A stretch of 32,000 nt of DNA, from contig NC_000962.3 in assembly GCF_000195955.2 (NCBI RefSeq), positions 2,460,001 through 2,492,000 on the forward strand, written 5' to 3'. Position 1 is the first letter of the stretch; each line of letters opens with the position of its first letter. Under the pieces are notes generated by a model. It did not search any database, was not told the origin of the DNA, and was given only the letters and a program-made list of their open reading frames with translations. Made by a program: the position numbers and the translations under genes. Below, piece after piece: positions 9,387 to 19,922 of this stretch. Origin of the DNA: Mycobacterium tuberculosis H37Rv (lineage in GTDB: Bacteria; Actinomycetota; Actinomycetes; Mycobacteriales; Mycobacteriaceae).

Positions 9387-10463
9387 TCAACGGTACCCTG
9401 AAGGACCGCTATTCCCGAGTCGCGCCGCTACCTGAGACGCCAAGCCCATGAGCTGATTGGCCGCATCGGCCAGCGCCAACCGCACCGAACCGGCGTACTC
9501 AGCGATGGACAATGCGGCCATAATGCCCGCCGACCGCAACGCGGACTTGTCCAGCGACACCTGGCCGGCCAACACTATCACCGGAATTGCGAGCGGGCGG
9601 GCCGCAGCCGCGATCGCACCAACCACCTTCCCGTGCAGGGATTGCTCGTCGAATCGGCCCTCACCGGTGACGATCAGCTCCGCATCGGCAAGGTCGTCGG
9701 CAAAATGCGTGTGCTCTGCGATGATTGCCGCACCCGACTGGTACCGGCCGCCAACCGCGAGCAGCCCAGCCCCGATACCACCGGCGGCGCCCGCGCCCGG
9801 CTCGGCGCTCACCCCGCGCCCGGCGGCCGCGTCCAGTTCAATCGCCCATGCCGCCAGACGGCCTTCCAACACTGCGACGGTGGCCATGTCCGCGCCCTTC
9901 TGCGGCGCGAACACCCTGGCCGTGCCCCATGGTCCCAGCAATGGGTATTCGACATCCGAGGCGGCGATCACCTCGACGTCGGCCAACTGTCGGCGGGCCG
10001 CGTCCAGGCCGCCAAGCTCGGCAATCATCCCCTTCCCCCCGTCGGTACATGCGCTGCCCCCCAACCCCACCACGATCCGAGCCGCCCCGGCCCGCAGTGC
10101 CGCGGCGATGAGCTGGCCGACGCCCTTGCTGTGGGCCGCCAGCGCGGTCTCGGGCGTGGGCGGGCCGCCAAGCAACCCCAGACCACAAGCCTGCGCACAC
10201 TCCAAATACGCGGTTGCCGAGCCCGGATCGAACACCCACGCCGCGTTCACGACGGTGTTCAGTGGCCCGCAAACACGCAGCCGGCGGGTCTCTCCTAGCC
10301 GGCTGCCCAGCACCTCAACAAAACCCGGACCGCCATCGGATTGGGGGGCGACGATGAACGAATCGCCTGGTCGCGACCGCGTCCAGCCGGTCGCAATGGC
10401 CGCGGCGGCCTCCACCGCAGACAGGCTGTCGCCGTAGCAGTCCGGTGCCACCAACACCCGCAT
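9387..10463 (-). CDS. Rv2205c: Glycerate kinase family protein, 358 aa (Rv2205c)
   Basis: N-terminus [14 protein letters not shown] matches the family start (M.I.IAPDSFK). C-terminal motif [18 protein letters not shown]. The upstream 131 codons of the longest ORF are Arg/Trp/Cys-rich and non-protein-like. Confidence 0.88.
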
Positions 10464-10608
10464 GGCGGGCAGCTGGAGTCGGCCGGGCCCCAAGCTACCG
10501 GTCGCGTCATCCGAGGCCTGCGAGCCTTTCATCACTGGCCAGAGTAGGTCTGCGCACCCACACGCGTACCTAAACGCACGCAAATTCCAAACGGGCCCCG
10601 CCGCGAAG

Positions 10609-10614
10609 TAGCCT
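10609..10614 (+). promoter_or_regulatory. Candidate -10 hexamer TAGCCT (TANNNT) 7 nt upstream of the Rv2206 GTG; possible leaderless or near-leaderless transcript
   Basis: The hexamer tagcct is followed by ggcgact and then GTG at 10622. No SD-like purine run lies between them. Confidence 0.3.
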
Positions 10615-10621
10615 GGCGACT

Positions 10622-11332
10622 GTGAAGCTGCTGGGCCACCGGAAGAGCCATGGACACCAAAGGGCCGACGCATCACCCGATGCCGGGTCGAAAGATGGTT
10701 GCCGGCCTGATTCCGGACGCACGTCCGGGTCGGACACATCGCGCGGGTCGCAAACCACCGGCCCCAAGGGCCGGCCCACGCCCAAGCGCAACCAATCCCG
10801 TCGCCACACCAAGAAGGGCCCGGTCGCACCGGCACCAATGACTGCGGCCCAGGCACGGGCCCGGCGCAAGTCGCTTGCCGGCCCCAAACTTAGCCGCGAG
10901 GAACGGAGAGCCGAAAAGGCCGCAAACCGGGCCCGGATGACGGAACGCCGGGAACGCATGATGGCCGGCGAAGAGGCCTACCTGCTCCCGCGCGACCGGG
11001 GCCCGGTACGCCGCTACGTGCGCGATGTGGTGGACTCCCGGCGCAACCTGCTCGGGCTGTTCATGCCCTCGGCGTTGACCCTGCTGTTCGTCATGTTTGC
11101 CGTGCCGCAGGTGCAGTTTTACTTGTCTCCGGCGATGTTGATACTGCTGGCCTTGATGACGATCGACGCGATCATCTTGGGTCGCAAAGTTGGCCGGCTG
11201 GTTGACACGAAGTTCCCGTCTAACACCGAAAGCCGGTGGAGGCTGGGTCTTTACGCCGCCGGCCGAGCTTCCCAGATACGCCGGTTGCGGGCGCCCCGAC
11301 CCCAAGTCGAGCGCGGCGGCGATGTTGGCTAA
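10622..11332 (+). CDS. Rv2206: Conserved membrane protein, DUF3043-like, 236 aa: long basic N-terminal region and two C-terminal TM helices (Rv2206)
   Basis: Basic Lys/Arg-rich N-terminus ([40 protein letters not shown]) followed by [19 protein letters not shown] and [17 protein letters not shown]. The start (GTG 10622) is the least certain part. Confidence 0.8.
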
Positions 11333-11410
11333 CGGACGCCGGAAGTCATCTCACCCGGTGTACACCCTAGTGCTCAGCGGGCGGACCGAACCGATCAAGC
11401 CGGCGAAAGG

Positions 11411-12496
11411 ATGATCGGCTTCGCGCCGGTGTCGACGCCCGATGCGGCTGCCGAAGCAGCCGCCCGCGCCCGACAAGACAGCTTGACCAAGCCGCGGGGA
11501 GCGCTGGGCAGTCTCGAGGACCTGTCTGTCTGGGTCGCGTCGTGCCAGCAGCGCTGTCCGCCGCGGCAATTCGAGCGCGCCCGGGTGGTGGTGTTCGCCG
11601 GTGACCATGGTGTGGCCCGGTCCGGGGTGTCGGCGTACCCGCCGGAAGTCACCGCCCAGATGGTCGCCAACATCGACGCTGGCGGGGCGGCGATCAACGC
11701 GCTGGCCGATGTCGCGGGCGCGACCGTGCGGGTCGCGGACCTGGCCGTGGACGCGGACCCGCTGTCTGAGCGCATCGGCGCGCACAAGGTGCGCCGCGGC
11801 AGCGGCAATATCGCCACCGAGGACGCGTTGACCAACGACGAGACCGCCGCCGCGATCACAGCCGGCCAGCAGATCGCCGACGAAGAGGTTGATGCCGGCG
11901 CCGACTTGCTCATAGCCGGCGATATGGGAATCGGAAACACTACCGCGGCCGCGGTTCTTGTGGCGGCGCTGACCGATGCCGAGCCGGTCGCGGTGGTCGG
12001 GTTCGGGACCGGTATCGACGACGCCGGTTGGGCGCGTAAGACGGCCGCGGTGCGCGACGCCCTGTTTCGGGTGCGCCCAGTGTTGCCCGACCCGGTCGGG
12101 TTGCTGCGCTGCGCCGGCGGCGCTGACTTGGCCGCGATAGCTGGCTTCTGCGCGCAGGCCGCGGTCCGACGCACCCCGCTGCTGCTTGACGGGGTGGCGG
12201 TGACAGCCGCCGCCCTGGTCGCTGAGCGTCTTGCGCCCGGCGCTCACCGGTGGTGGCAGGCGGGTCATCGATCCAGCGAACCGGGCCACGGGCTGGCGCT
12301 GGCAGCCCTCGGGCTGGACCCGATCGTGGACCTTCACATGCGGCTGGGCGAGGGAACCGGCGCCGCGGTGGCGTTGATGGTGTTGCGCGCCGCGGTCGCG
12401 GCGCTGTCGTCGATGGCGACCTTCACCGAGGCCGGCGTGTCCACCCGGTCCGTCGACGGTGTCGACCGGACCGCACCCCCGGCAGTCTCACCGTGA
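11411..12496 (+). CDS. cobT: Nicotinate-nucleotide--dimethylbenzimidazole phosphoribosyltransferase CobT, 361 aa (Rv2207)
   Basis: Family motifs [14 protein letters not shown] and [13 protein letters not shown]. Stop TGA at 12494-12496 overlaps the cobS start. Confidence 0.94.
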
Positions 12497-13242
12497 TGCG
12501 TTCGCTGGCAACAGCTTTCGCATTCGCAACGGTGATACCCACACCGGGCTCAGCGACCACCCCGATGGGCCGTGGCCCGATGACCGCGCTGCCGGTGGTG
12601 GGCGCGGCGCTGGGTGCACTGGCGGCGGCGATCGCATGGGCTGGCGCGCAAGTGTTCGGCCCGTCCAGCCCGCTGTCCGGCATGCTCACGGTGGCGGTAC
12701 TGCTGGTCGTCACTCGAGGCCTGCACATCGATGGCGTTGCCGATACCGCTGACGGACTGGGCTGCTATGGGCCGCCGCAGCGTGCGCTTGCGGTGATGCG
12801 CGACGGGTCGACCGGACCGTTCGGGGTGGCGGCCGTGGTCTTGGTCATCGCCTTGCAGGGCCTGGCCTTCGCGACCCTCACCACGGTCGGGATCGCTGGG
12901 ATCACGCTGGCGGTCTTATCCGGCCGGGTCACCGCCGTACTGGTCTGTCGCCGGTTGGTGCCGGCAGCCCACGGCAGCACCCTGGGCTCGCGGGTCGCCG
13001 GTACGCAACCCGCGCCGGTGGTGGCGGCCTGGCTCGCCGTCCTGCTCGCCGTTTCGGTGCCGGCCGGTCCCCGGCCTTGGCAAGGACCGATAGCGGTTCT
13101 GGTAGCGGTGACGGCCGGCGCGGCCCTGGCGGCGCATTGCGTGCACCGGTTCGGCGGTGTCACCGGTGACGTGCTGGGCAGCGCGATCGAGCTGAGCACG
13201 ACGGTCAGCGCCGTGACGCTTGCGGGCTTGGCCCGGCTTTAG
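12493..13242 (+). CDS. cobS: Adenosylcobinamide-GDP ribazoletransferase (cobalamin synthase) CobS, 249 aa (Rv2208)
   Basis: Polytopic membrane protein with the CobS motif [16 protein letters not shown] 12493 overlaps the cobT stop (GTGATG). ATG at 12496 is an equally possible start one codon later. Confidence 0.9.
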
Positions 13243-13310
13243 CAGGCGGCGAGCGGGACGCTGCAGTAGACTCATGTCCGCCGTCCCTTCCAACACAGGG
13301 CTCCCCTCCG

Positions 13311-13330
13311 TGTCCCCAGATTAGGGGACA
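13311..13330 (+). terminator. Small hairpin between cobS and Rv2209 (7-bp stem, 6-nt loop); weak terminator candidate
   Basis: The sequence tgtcccc-agatta-ggggaca is followed by a comparatively A/T-rich tgaaattcaa. It lies about 69 nt after the cobS stop. Confidence 0.25.
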
Positions 13331-13399
13331 TGAAATTCAACCGACGGTGTCCGATTGGCGGATCGTTTTGGCCGCGCGGCATATATAGCGTCGTTAATC

Positions 13400-14938
13400 A
13401 TGCCCGCATCACGACTGGTCAGACAAGTGTCTGCGCCACGGAACCTGTTCGGGCGGCTGGTTGCCCAGGGGGGCTTCTACACGGCCGGGCTGCAGTTGGG
13501 CAGCGGTGCGGTGGTACTGCCGGTCATCTGCGCACATCAGGGCCTCACCTGGGCGGCTGGGCTGTTGTATCCGGCGTTCTGCATTGGCGCCATTCTGGGA
13601 AATTCGCTGTCGCCGCTGATTCTGCAGCGCGCCGGCCAGCTCCGGCACCTGCTGATGGCGGCGATATCGGCGACGGCGGCGGCGCTGGTTGTGTGCAACG
13701 CTGCGGTCCCCTGGACTGGCGTTGGCGTCGCCGCGGTTTTTTTGGCGACCACGGGGGCCGGTGGTGTCGTCACCGGAGTCTCCAGCGTCGCCTACACCGA
13801 CATGATCTCCAGCATGTTGCCCGCGGTACGGCGGGGCGAGCTACTGCTCACCCAAGGTGCCGCGGGGTCGGTGCTGGCCACCGGCGTCACATTGGTGATT
13901 GTGCCGATGCTGGCCCATGGCAACGAGATGGCGCGCTATCACGATCTGCTGTGGCTGGGCGCCGCAGGTCTGGTTTGCTCCGGCATCGCGGCGCTGTTCG
14001 TCGGCCCGATGCGGTCTGTGTCCGTCACAACCGCCACCCGAATGCCACTGCGGGAAATCTATTGGATGGGCTTCGCGATCGCCCGCTCCCAGCCGTGGTT
14101 TCGCCGGTATATGACGACTTACCTGCTGTTCGTTCCGATCAGCCTGGGCACCACGTTCTTCAGCCTGCGCGCCGCCCAGTCCAACGGCAGTCTGCACGTG
14201 CTGGTGATCCTTTCCAGCATTGGATTGGTCGTCGGTTCGATGCTGTGGCGACAGATAAACCGCCTGTTCGGGGTGCGTGGCCTGCTGCTGGGCAGCGCAC
14301 TGCTCAACGCCGCTGCTGCGCTGCTGTGCATGGTGGCCGAGTCGTGTGGGCAGTGGGTTCACGCCTGGGCGTACGGCACGGCGTTCCTGCTGGCTACGGT
14401 GGCCGCTCAAACGGTGGTCGCCGCATCGATATCGTGGATCAGCGTCCTCGCGCCCGAGCGGTACCGCGCCACCCTGATCTGCGTTGGGTCGACCTTGGCC
14501 GCCGTCGAAGCCACCGTGCTGGGAGTTGCGCTCGGCGGAATTGCCCAAAAGCATGCCACCATCTGGCCGGTTGTCGTCGTGCTGACACTGGCCGTAATCG
14601 CCGCGGTGGCGAGTCTGCGCGCACCGACACGAATCGGGGTGACGGCGGACACGAGCCCGCAAGCAGCGACCTTGCAAGCCTACCGCCCGGCCACTCCTAA
14701 CCCCATCCATAGCGATGAACGTTCGACGCCGCCCGACCATCTCTCAGTCCGCCGCGGGCAGTTACGACACGTATGGGACAGTCGCCGGCCCGCGCCACCC
14801 CTGAACCGGCCAAGCTGTCGCCGCGCGGCCCGCCGTCCAGCGCCCGGCAAACCCGCTGCCGCACTACCCCAGCCGCGCCATCCAGCCGTGGGTGTCCGCG
14901 AAGGTGCCCCGCTGGATGCCGGTCAGCGTATCGCGTAG
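13400..14938 (+). CDS. Rv2209: Polytopic integral membrane protein, MFS-transporter-like, 512 aa (Rv2209)
   Basis: About 12 hydrophobic helices across the ORF. ATG 13400 chosen; an in-frame TTG at 13355 would add 15 codons. The last 75 bp overlap the 3' end of ilvE on the opposite strand. Confidence 0.85.
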   Translation: MPASRLVRQVSAPRNLFGRLVAQGGFYTAGLQLGSGAVVLPVICAHQGLTWAAGLLYPAFCIGAILGNSLSPLILQRAGQLRHLLMAAISATAAALVVCNAAVPWTGVGVAAVFLATTGAGGVVTGVSSVAYTDMISSMLPAVRRGELLLTQGAAGSVLATGVTLVIVPMLAHGNEMARYHDLLWLGAAGLVCSGIAALFVGPMRSVSVTTATRMPLREIYWMGFAIARSQPWFRRYMTTYLLFVPISLGTTFFSLRAAQSNGSLHVLVILSSIGLVVGSMLWRQINRLFGVRGLLLGSALLNAAAALLCMVAESCGQWVHAWAYGTAFLLATVAAQTVVAASISWISVLAPERYRATLICVGSTLAAVEATVLGVALGGIAQKHATIWPVVVVLTLAVIAAVASLRAPTRIGVTADTSPQAATLQAYRPATPNPIHSDERSTPPDHLSVRRGQLRHVWDSRRPAPPLNRPSCRRAARRPAPGKPAAALPQPRHPAVGVREGAPLDAGQRIA

Positions 14939-15970
14939 TGCCATGGTCACCTCACCCGGCTGACCGTCGGCGATTCTGAACTCGCTGGCACCGTGCCGCA
15001 CCCGCGCGACCGGGGTGATGACAGCGGCGGTGCCGCACGCAAACACCTCGGTGATCTCGCCGGCGGCGGCTTTCTTCTGCCACTCGTCGATATCAATCCT
15101 GCGTTCCTCGACCGCGAATCCGGCATCAATAGCCAACTGCAACAACGAATCCCGTGTGATCCCGGGCAGCAGGGAACCGGACAGCTCCGGGGTGACCAGC
15201 CGCGCCGATCCGCCGCTGCCGAGCACGAAGAAGATGTTCATGCCACCCATCTCTTCGATATAGCGGCGTTCCACAGCGTCCAGCCACACCACCTGGTCGC
15301 ATCCGTTCTCGGCGGCTTCGGCCTGCGCCAGCAACGAGGCGGCGTAGTTGCCGCCGAACTTGGCCGCACCGGTGCCGCCCGGACAGGCCCGTACATACTC
15401 CGTCGAAACCCAGACGCTGACAGGGGCGATGCCGCCCTTGAAGTACGCACCGGCCGGCGAGGCGATCAACAGGTAACGGTATTGGGTGGCAGGCCGCACG
15501 CCCAGTCCCGGCTCGGTGGCGAAGATGAACGGCCGCAGATACAGCGCCTCCTCACCGCCGGCACCGGGCACCCAAGCTTTGTCGACAGCGATTAGCTGGC
15601 GCAGGGATTCGATGAACACCGCGTCGGGCAGTTCGGGAATCGCCAACCGCCGCGCCGACGAACGCAACCTGGCGGCGTTGGCGTCGGCGCGAAACGACAC
15701 GATGGACCCGTCGGCCCAGCGGTAGGCTTTGAGCCCTTCGAACACCTCCTGCGCATAGTGCAGCACGATCGCCGAGGGATCCAGCTCGATCGGGCCATAA
15801 GGGATTACCCGCGCGTTGTGCCAACCACGGCCCTCGGCATAGTCGATCGACACCATATGGTCGGTGTGGTATTTGCCGAAACCCGGCTCCCGCAGCATCG
15901 ATTCACGCTGCGCGTCGGTGGCCGGATTGACCGCACGTAACACCGTGAATTGAAGGGAGCCGCTGGTCAT
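14864..15970 (-). CDS. ilvE: Branched-chain amino acid aminotransferase IlvE (PLP fold type IV), 368 aa (Rv2210c)
   Basis: Family motifs [28 protein letters not shown] and the C-terminal [12 protein letters not shown] at 15970-15968. Confidence 0.95.
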   Translation of the reverse strand: MTSGSLQFTVLRAVNPATDAQRESMLREPGFGKYHTDHMVSIDYAEGRGWHNARVIPYGPIELDPSAIVLHYAQEVFEGLKAYRWADGSIVSFRADANAARLRSSARRLAIPELPDAVFIESLRQLIAVDKAWVPGAGGEEALYLRPFIFATEPGLGVRPATQYRYLLIASPAGAYFKGGIAPVSVWVSTEYVRACPGGTGAAKFGGNYAASLLAQAEAAENGCDQVVWLDAVERRYIEEMGGMNIFFVLGSGGSARLVTPELSGSLLPGITRDSLLQLAIDAGFAVEERRIDIDEWQKKAAAGEITEVFACGTAAVITPVARVRHGASEFRIADGQPGEVTMALRDTLTGIQRGTFADTHGWMARLG

Positions 15971-15976
15971 GGGCCG

Positions 15977-15982
15977 ATTCTA
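15977..15982 (-). promoter_or_regulatory. Candidate -10 hexamer TAGAAT placed exactly for a leaderless ilvE mRNA
   Basis: The minus strand reads TAGAAT-cggccc-ATG. The last T of the hexamer is 7 nt upstream of the A of the start codon, and there is no SD. Confidence 0.5.
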
Positions 15983-16041
15983 TCCGTGGGCGAACGGTTA
16001 TTGACGGCCCGGAGGCCACTCCGCTGCCACCAAGTGGTGAC

Positions 16042-17181
16042 TCAGCGCGTTTTCACGGCAACGAACGGCGGACACACCACTTGACATTCGACAGCACGGC
16101 CGCGGACGTCGACATTGATTTGCTGGCCGTCTTCGATGCCGGCATCACTGTCGATCAGCGCCAGCCCGATGCCGACCTGCAACGTGGGAGAAAACGTTCC
16201 CGACGTGGTGACCCCAACCGTCTCATCCCCGACAAGCACAGCCAGCCCGGGGCGCAGCACACCGCGACCGACCATGCGCAGCCCCCGCAGCAGCCGCCGC
16301 GGCCCGGCCGCTTTCTCGGCCAACAACGCCGCACGACCAAAGAAGGCGTCCTTCCGCCAGCCGACCGCCCAGCCGCATCGGGCCTGCAGCGGCGAGATGT
16401 CCAGCGAAAGCTCGTGCCCGTGCAGCGGATAGCCCATTTCAGTGCGCAGTGTGTCGCGAGCACCGAGGCCGGCGGGCTCGCCGCCCGCGGCTGATACCGC
16501 CGCCAACAGTGCGTCGAACACCACACCCGCCGACTCCCATGGCGGCAGCAGTTCGTAACCGTGCTCACCGGTGTAGCCGGTGCGACAGACACGCACCGGC
16601 ACCCCCGAGTACGAAGCGTCGGCGTAGCCCATGTAGTCCATCTCGGTTGGCAGCCCCAACGCGGTGAGCACGTCGGTCGAACACGGCCCCTGTACGGCCA
16701 GCACCGCGTAGGACCGATGCAGATTGGTGATGCTCAGACCGCCCGGTGCGGCAGCTTGTAGCGCGCCGACCACCGCGGCGGTATTGGCGGCGTTGGGCAC
16801 CAGAAAGATCTCGTCGTCGCTGACGTAGTAGGCGATCAGGTCGTCGATCACACCGCCGGATTCGGTGCAGCACAAGGTGTATTGCGCCTTGCCGGGCCCG
16901 ATACGACCCAGGTCGTTGGTGAGCGCGGAGTTGACGAACTGCGCCGCACCCGGTCCACGGACCAGTGCCTTGCCCAGGTGGCTGACGTCGAAAAGGCCGA
17001 CGGCGGTGCGGGTGGCGTTGTGCTCGCTGACGGTTCCGGCATACGAGACCGGCATCAGCCAGCCGCCGAACTCGGCGAAACTCGCACCCAGCTCGCGATG
17101 GCGGTCTTCCAGCGGTCCGTGTATCAGCTCTGGCACATCGCTCACGGCGTCCCACCCTAATGGGCGTCCCTGCTGGCACAC
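16042..17181 (-). CDS. gcvT: Glycine cleavage system aminomethyltransferase (T protein) GcvT, 379 aa from GTG 17181 (Rv2211c)
   Basis: Family motifs [20 protein letters not shown] and [11 protein letters not shown]. The start is uncertain; in-frame GTGs at 17145 and 17136 still precede the conserved core. Confidence 0.92.
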   Translation of the reverse strand: MCQQGRPLGWDAVSDVPELIHGPLEDRHRELGASFAEFGGWLMPVSYAGTVSEHNATRTAVGLFDVSHLGKALVRGPGAAQFVNSALTNDLGRIGPGKAQYTLCCTESGGVIDDLIAYYVSDDEIFLVPNAANTAAVVGALQAAAPGGLSITNLHRSYAVLAVQGPCSTDVLTALGLPTEMDYMGYADASYSGVPVRVCRTGYTGEHGYELLPPWESAGVVFDALLAAVSAAGGEPAGLGARDTLRTEMGYPLHGHELSLDISPLQARCGWAVGWRKDAFFGRAALLAEKAAGPRRLLRGLRMVGRGVLRPGLAVLVGDETVGVTTSGTFSPTLQVGIGLALIDSDAGIEDGQQINVDVRGRAVECQVVCPPFVAVKTR

Positions 17182-17189
17182 TTAGGCAG

Positions 17190-18326
17190 GTGTACGATTC
17201 CTTGGACTTCGACGCCCTCGAGGCCGCCGGAATTGCCAACCCACGCGAGCGGGCCGGCTTGCTCACCTACCTGGATGAGCTTGGCTTCACGGTCGAAGAG
17301 ATGGTGCAAGCCGAACGCCGCGGCCGGTTGTTCGGGCTGGCCGGTGACGTCCTGCTATGGTCCGGGCCCCCGATCTACACCCTGGCGACCGCGGCTGACG
17401 AACTGGGGTTGTCAGCCGACGACGTCGCACGCGCGTGGAGTTTGCTCGGCCTCACCGTCGCGGGTCCCGACGTTCCCACGCTGAGCCAGGCCGACGTCGA
17501 CGCCCTGGCGACCTGGGTCGCACTGAAGGCGCTGGTGGGTGAGGACGGCGCATTCGGCCTGCTGCGAGTGCTCGGCACTGCCATGGCCCGACTCGCCGAG
17601 GCCGAGTCGACCATGATCCGCGCCGGGTCACCGAACATCCAAATGACGCACACCCACGACGAACTTGCCACGGCACGGGCCTATCGCGCGGCTGCGGAGT
17701 TCGTCCCCCGGATCGGTGCGCTGATCGACACCGTCCACCGTCACCACCTGGCCAGCGCACGAACCTACTTTGAAGGCGTCATTGGCGACACGTCGGCAAG
17801 CGTGACGTGCGGTATCGGCTTTGCGGATCTGTCCAGCTTCACCGCGTTGACCCAGGCGCTCACCCCCGCGCAGTTGCAGGACCTGCTCACCGAATTCGAC
17901 GCCGCCGTCACCGACGTGGTGCATGCCGACGGTGGCCGGTTGGTGAAGTTCATCGGCGACGCCGTGATGTGGGTGAGCTCGTCGCCCGAACGACTGGTGC
18001 GGGCGGCGGTGGATCTCGTCGATCATCCGGGTGCGCGCGCGGCCGAACTGCAGGTCCGTGCCGGTCTTGCCTATGGCACGGTGCTGGCCCTTAACGGTGA
18101 CTACTTCGGCAACCCGGTCAACCTGGCTGCGCGCCTGGTGGCGGCCGCAGCGCCAGGGCAGATCCTGGCCGCAGCGCAACTCCGCGACATGTTGCCAGAC
18201 TGGCCTGCCCTCGCCCATGGCCCATTGACGCTCAAGGGGTTTGACGCCCCGGTGATGGCCTTCGAACTGCACGACAACCCTCGTGCGAGGGATGCTGACA
18301 CGCCAAGCCCCGCCGCCAGTGATTAG
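17190..18326 (+). CDS. Rv2212: Class III adenylyl cyclase with an N-terminal regulatory domain, 378 aa (Rv2212)
   Basis: C-terminal cyclase homology domain motifs [30 protein letters not shown] and [12 protein letters not shown]. The start is taken as GTG 17190; ATG 17160 is also in frame. Confidence 0.9.
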   Translation: MYDSLDFDALEAAGIANPRERAGLLTYLDELGFTVEEMVQAERRGRLFGLAGDVLLWSGPPIYTLATAADELGLSADDVARAWSLLGLTVAGPDVPTLSQADVDALATWVALKALVGEDGAFGLLRVLGTAMARLAEAESTMIRAGSPNIQMTHTHDELATARAYRAAAEFVPRIGALIDTVHRHHLASARTYFEGVIGDTSASVTCGIGFADLSSFTALTQALTPAQLQDLLTEFDAAVTDVVHADGGRLVKFIGDAVMWVSSSPERLVRAAVDLVDHPGARAAELQVRAGLAYGTVLALNGDYFGNPVNLAARLVAAAAPGQILAAAQLRDMLPDWPALAHGPLTLKGFDAPVMAFELHDNPRARDADTPSPAASD

Positions 18327-18337
18327 GGTGGTTGCCC

Positions 18338-19885
18338 GTGACCACCGAACCGGGTTACCTATCCCCCTCCGTCGCCGTCGCGACCTCGATGCCGAAACGT
18401 GGTGTCGGCGCTGCGGTGTTGATCGTGCCGGTCGTCTCGACCGGCGAAGAGGATCGGCCCGGCGCGGTCGTTGCCTCGGCCGAGCCCTTCCTGCGCGCCG
18501 ACACGGTTGCCGAAATCGAGGCGGGCCTGCGAGCGCTGGACGCCACCGGCGCCAGTGACCAGGTGCACCGGCTGGCGGTGCCGTCGTTGCCGGTGGGCAG
18601 CGTCCTGACGGTCGGCCTGGGCAAACCGCGGCGCGAATGGCCGGCCGATACCATCCGCTGCGCCGCCGGCGTGGCCGCGCGTGCGCTCAACAGTTCGGAG
18701 GCAGTGATCACCACGCTAGCCGAATTACCTGGCGACGGCATCTGCTCGGCCACCGTCGAGGGGCTGATCCTGGGCAGCTACCGATTCAGCGCCTTCCGCA
18801 GCGACAAGACCGCGCCCAAAGACGCCGGACTCCGCAAAATCACCGTGCTCTGCTGTGCAAAGGACGCCAAGAAGCGCGCGTTGCACGGTGCGGCCGTCGC
18901 GACCGCGGTGGCCACCGCCCGGGACTTGGTCAACACTCCCCCAAGCCACCTGTTTCCCGCCGAGTTCGCTAAGCGCGCAAAGACTTTGAGCGAATCTGTC
19001 GGCCTCGACGTGGAAGTTATCGACGAAAAGGCGCTGAAGAAGGCCGGCTATGGCGGGGTGATTGGTGTCGGCCAGGGCTCGTCGCGGCCGCCGCGACTGG
19101 TGCGGTTGATTCATCGGGGATCGCGGCTGGCCAAGAACCCCCAAAAGGCCAAGAAGGTGGCCTTGGTTGGCAAGGGGATCACCTTCGATACCGGCGGCAT
19201 CTCGATCAAGCCGGCAGCGTCGATGCACCACATGACCTCGGACATGGGCGGAGCGGCCGCGGTGATCGCCACTGTCACGCTGGCTGCCCGGCTGCGACTG
19301 CCGATTGACGTGATCGCCACGGTGCCGATGGCCGAGAACATGCCGTCGGCGACGGCGCAGCGCCCGGGCGACGTGCTGACCCAATACGGTGGGACCACCG
19401 TCGAGGTGCTCAACACCGACGCGGAGGGCCGGTTGATCCTGGCCGACGCCATCGTCCGGGCATGTGAGGACAAGCCGGACTATCTGATCGAGACATCCAC
19501 GTTGACCGGTGCGCAAACGGTGGCGCTGGGGACGCGCATACCGGGTGTGATGGGCAGCGACGAGTTCCGCGACCGGGTCGCCGCGATCTCGCAGCGGGTG
19601 GGCGAGAACGGCTGGCCGATGCCGCTGCCCGATGACCTCAAGGATGACTTGAAATCCACGGTGGCCGACCTGGCCAATGTGAGTGGCCAGCGTTTCGCAG
19701 GCATGCTGGTGGCCGGGGTTTTCCTGCGTGAGTTCGTCGCCGAATCGGTGGATTGGGCGCACATCGACGTGGCCGGCCCGGCCTACAACACCGGCAGCGC
19801 CTGGGGTTACACGCCCAAGGGCGCCACCGGTGTGCCCACCCGCACCATGTTCGCGGTGCTCGAGGACATCGCGAAGAACGGGTAG
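18338..19885 (+). CDS. pepB: Leucyl aminopeptidase, peptidase family M17, 515 aa (Rv2213)
   Basis: M17 signature [12 protein letters not shown] and [16 protein letters not shown]. The start is GTG 18338, with TTG 18332 two codons earlier also possible; it lies 11 bp after the Rv2212 stop. Confidence 0.94.
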   Translation: MTTEPGYLSPSVAVATSMPKRGVGAAVLIVPVVSTGEEDRPGAVVASAEPFLRADTVAEIEAGLRALDATGASDQVHRLAVPSLPVGSVLTVGLGKPRREWPADTIRCAAGVAARALNSSEAVITTLAELPGDGICSATVEGLILGSYRFSAFRSDKTAPKDAGLRKITVLCCAKDAKKRALHGAAVATAVATARDLVNTPPSHLFPAEFAKRAKTLSESVGLDVEVIDEKALKKAGYGGVIGVGQGSSRPPRLVRLIHRGSRLAKNPQKAKKVALVGKGITFDTGGISIKPAASMHHMTSDMGGAAAVIATVTLAARLRLPIDVIATVPMAENMPSATAQRPGDVLTQYGGTTVEVLNTDAEGRLILADAIVRACEDKPDYLIETSTLTGAQTVALGTRIPGVMGSDEFRDRVAAISQRVGENGWPMPLPDDLKDDLKSTVADLANVSGQRFAGMLVAGVFLREFVAESVDWAHIDVAGPAYNTGSAWGYTPKGATGVPTRTMFAVLEDIAKNG

Positions 19886-19922
19886 GCGGCCGCCCGGACC
19901 CAAAGCACTTCACGAGTAGCGG

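Noticed and set aside
11333-11410. Cobalamin riboswitch upstream of cobT
   Set aside because: The spacer is 78 bp and shows no B12-box-like element or extended pairing.
13330-14700. 456-aa plus-strand ORF overlapping Rv2209 in another frame
   Set aside because: The product is Arg/Gly-rich with no hydrophobic helices. The alternative frame (13400-14938) encodes a coherent ~12-TM membrane protein.
17182-17189. Glycine riboswitch upstream of gcvT
   Set aside because: Only 8 bp (at most ~45 bp with an alternative start) separate gcvT from the divergent Rv2212, which leaves no room for a ~100-200-nt aptamer.
18725-19903. 392-aa minus-strand ORF
   Set aside because: It is antisense to pepB with a low-complexity Arg/Gly/His composition. 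The pepB frame carries the unmistakable M17 signature NTDAEGRL.
19886-19922. Palindrome ggcggccgcc in the pepB/ephD convergent spacer as a possible terminator
   Set aside because: It is a 10-bp palindrome with no loop and cannot form a stable hairpin. The flanking bases do not extend the pairing.
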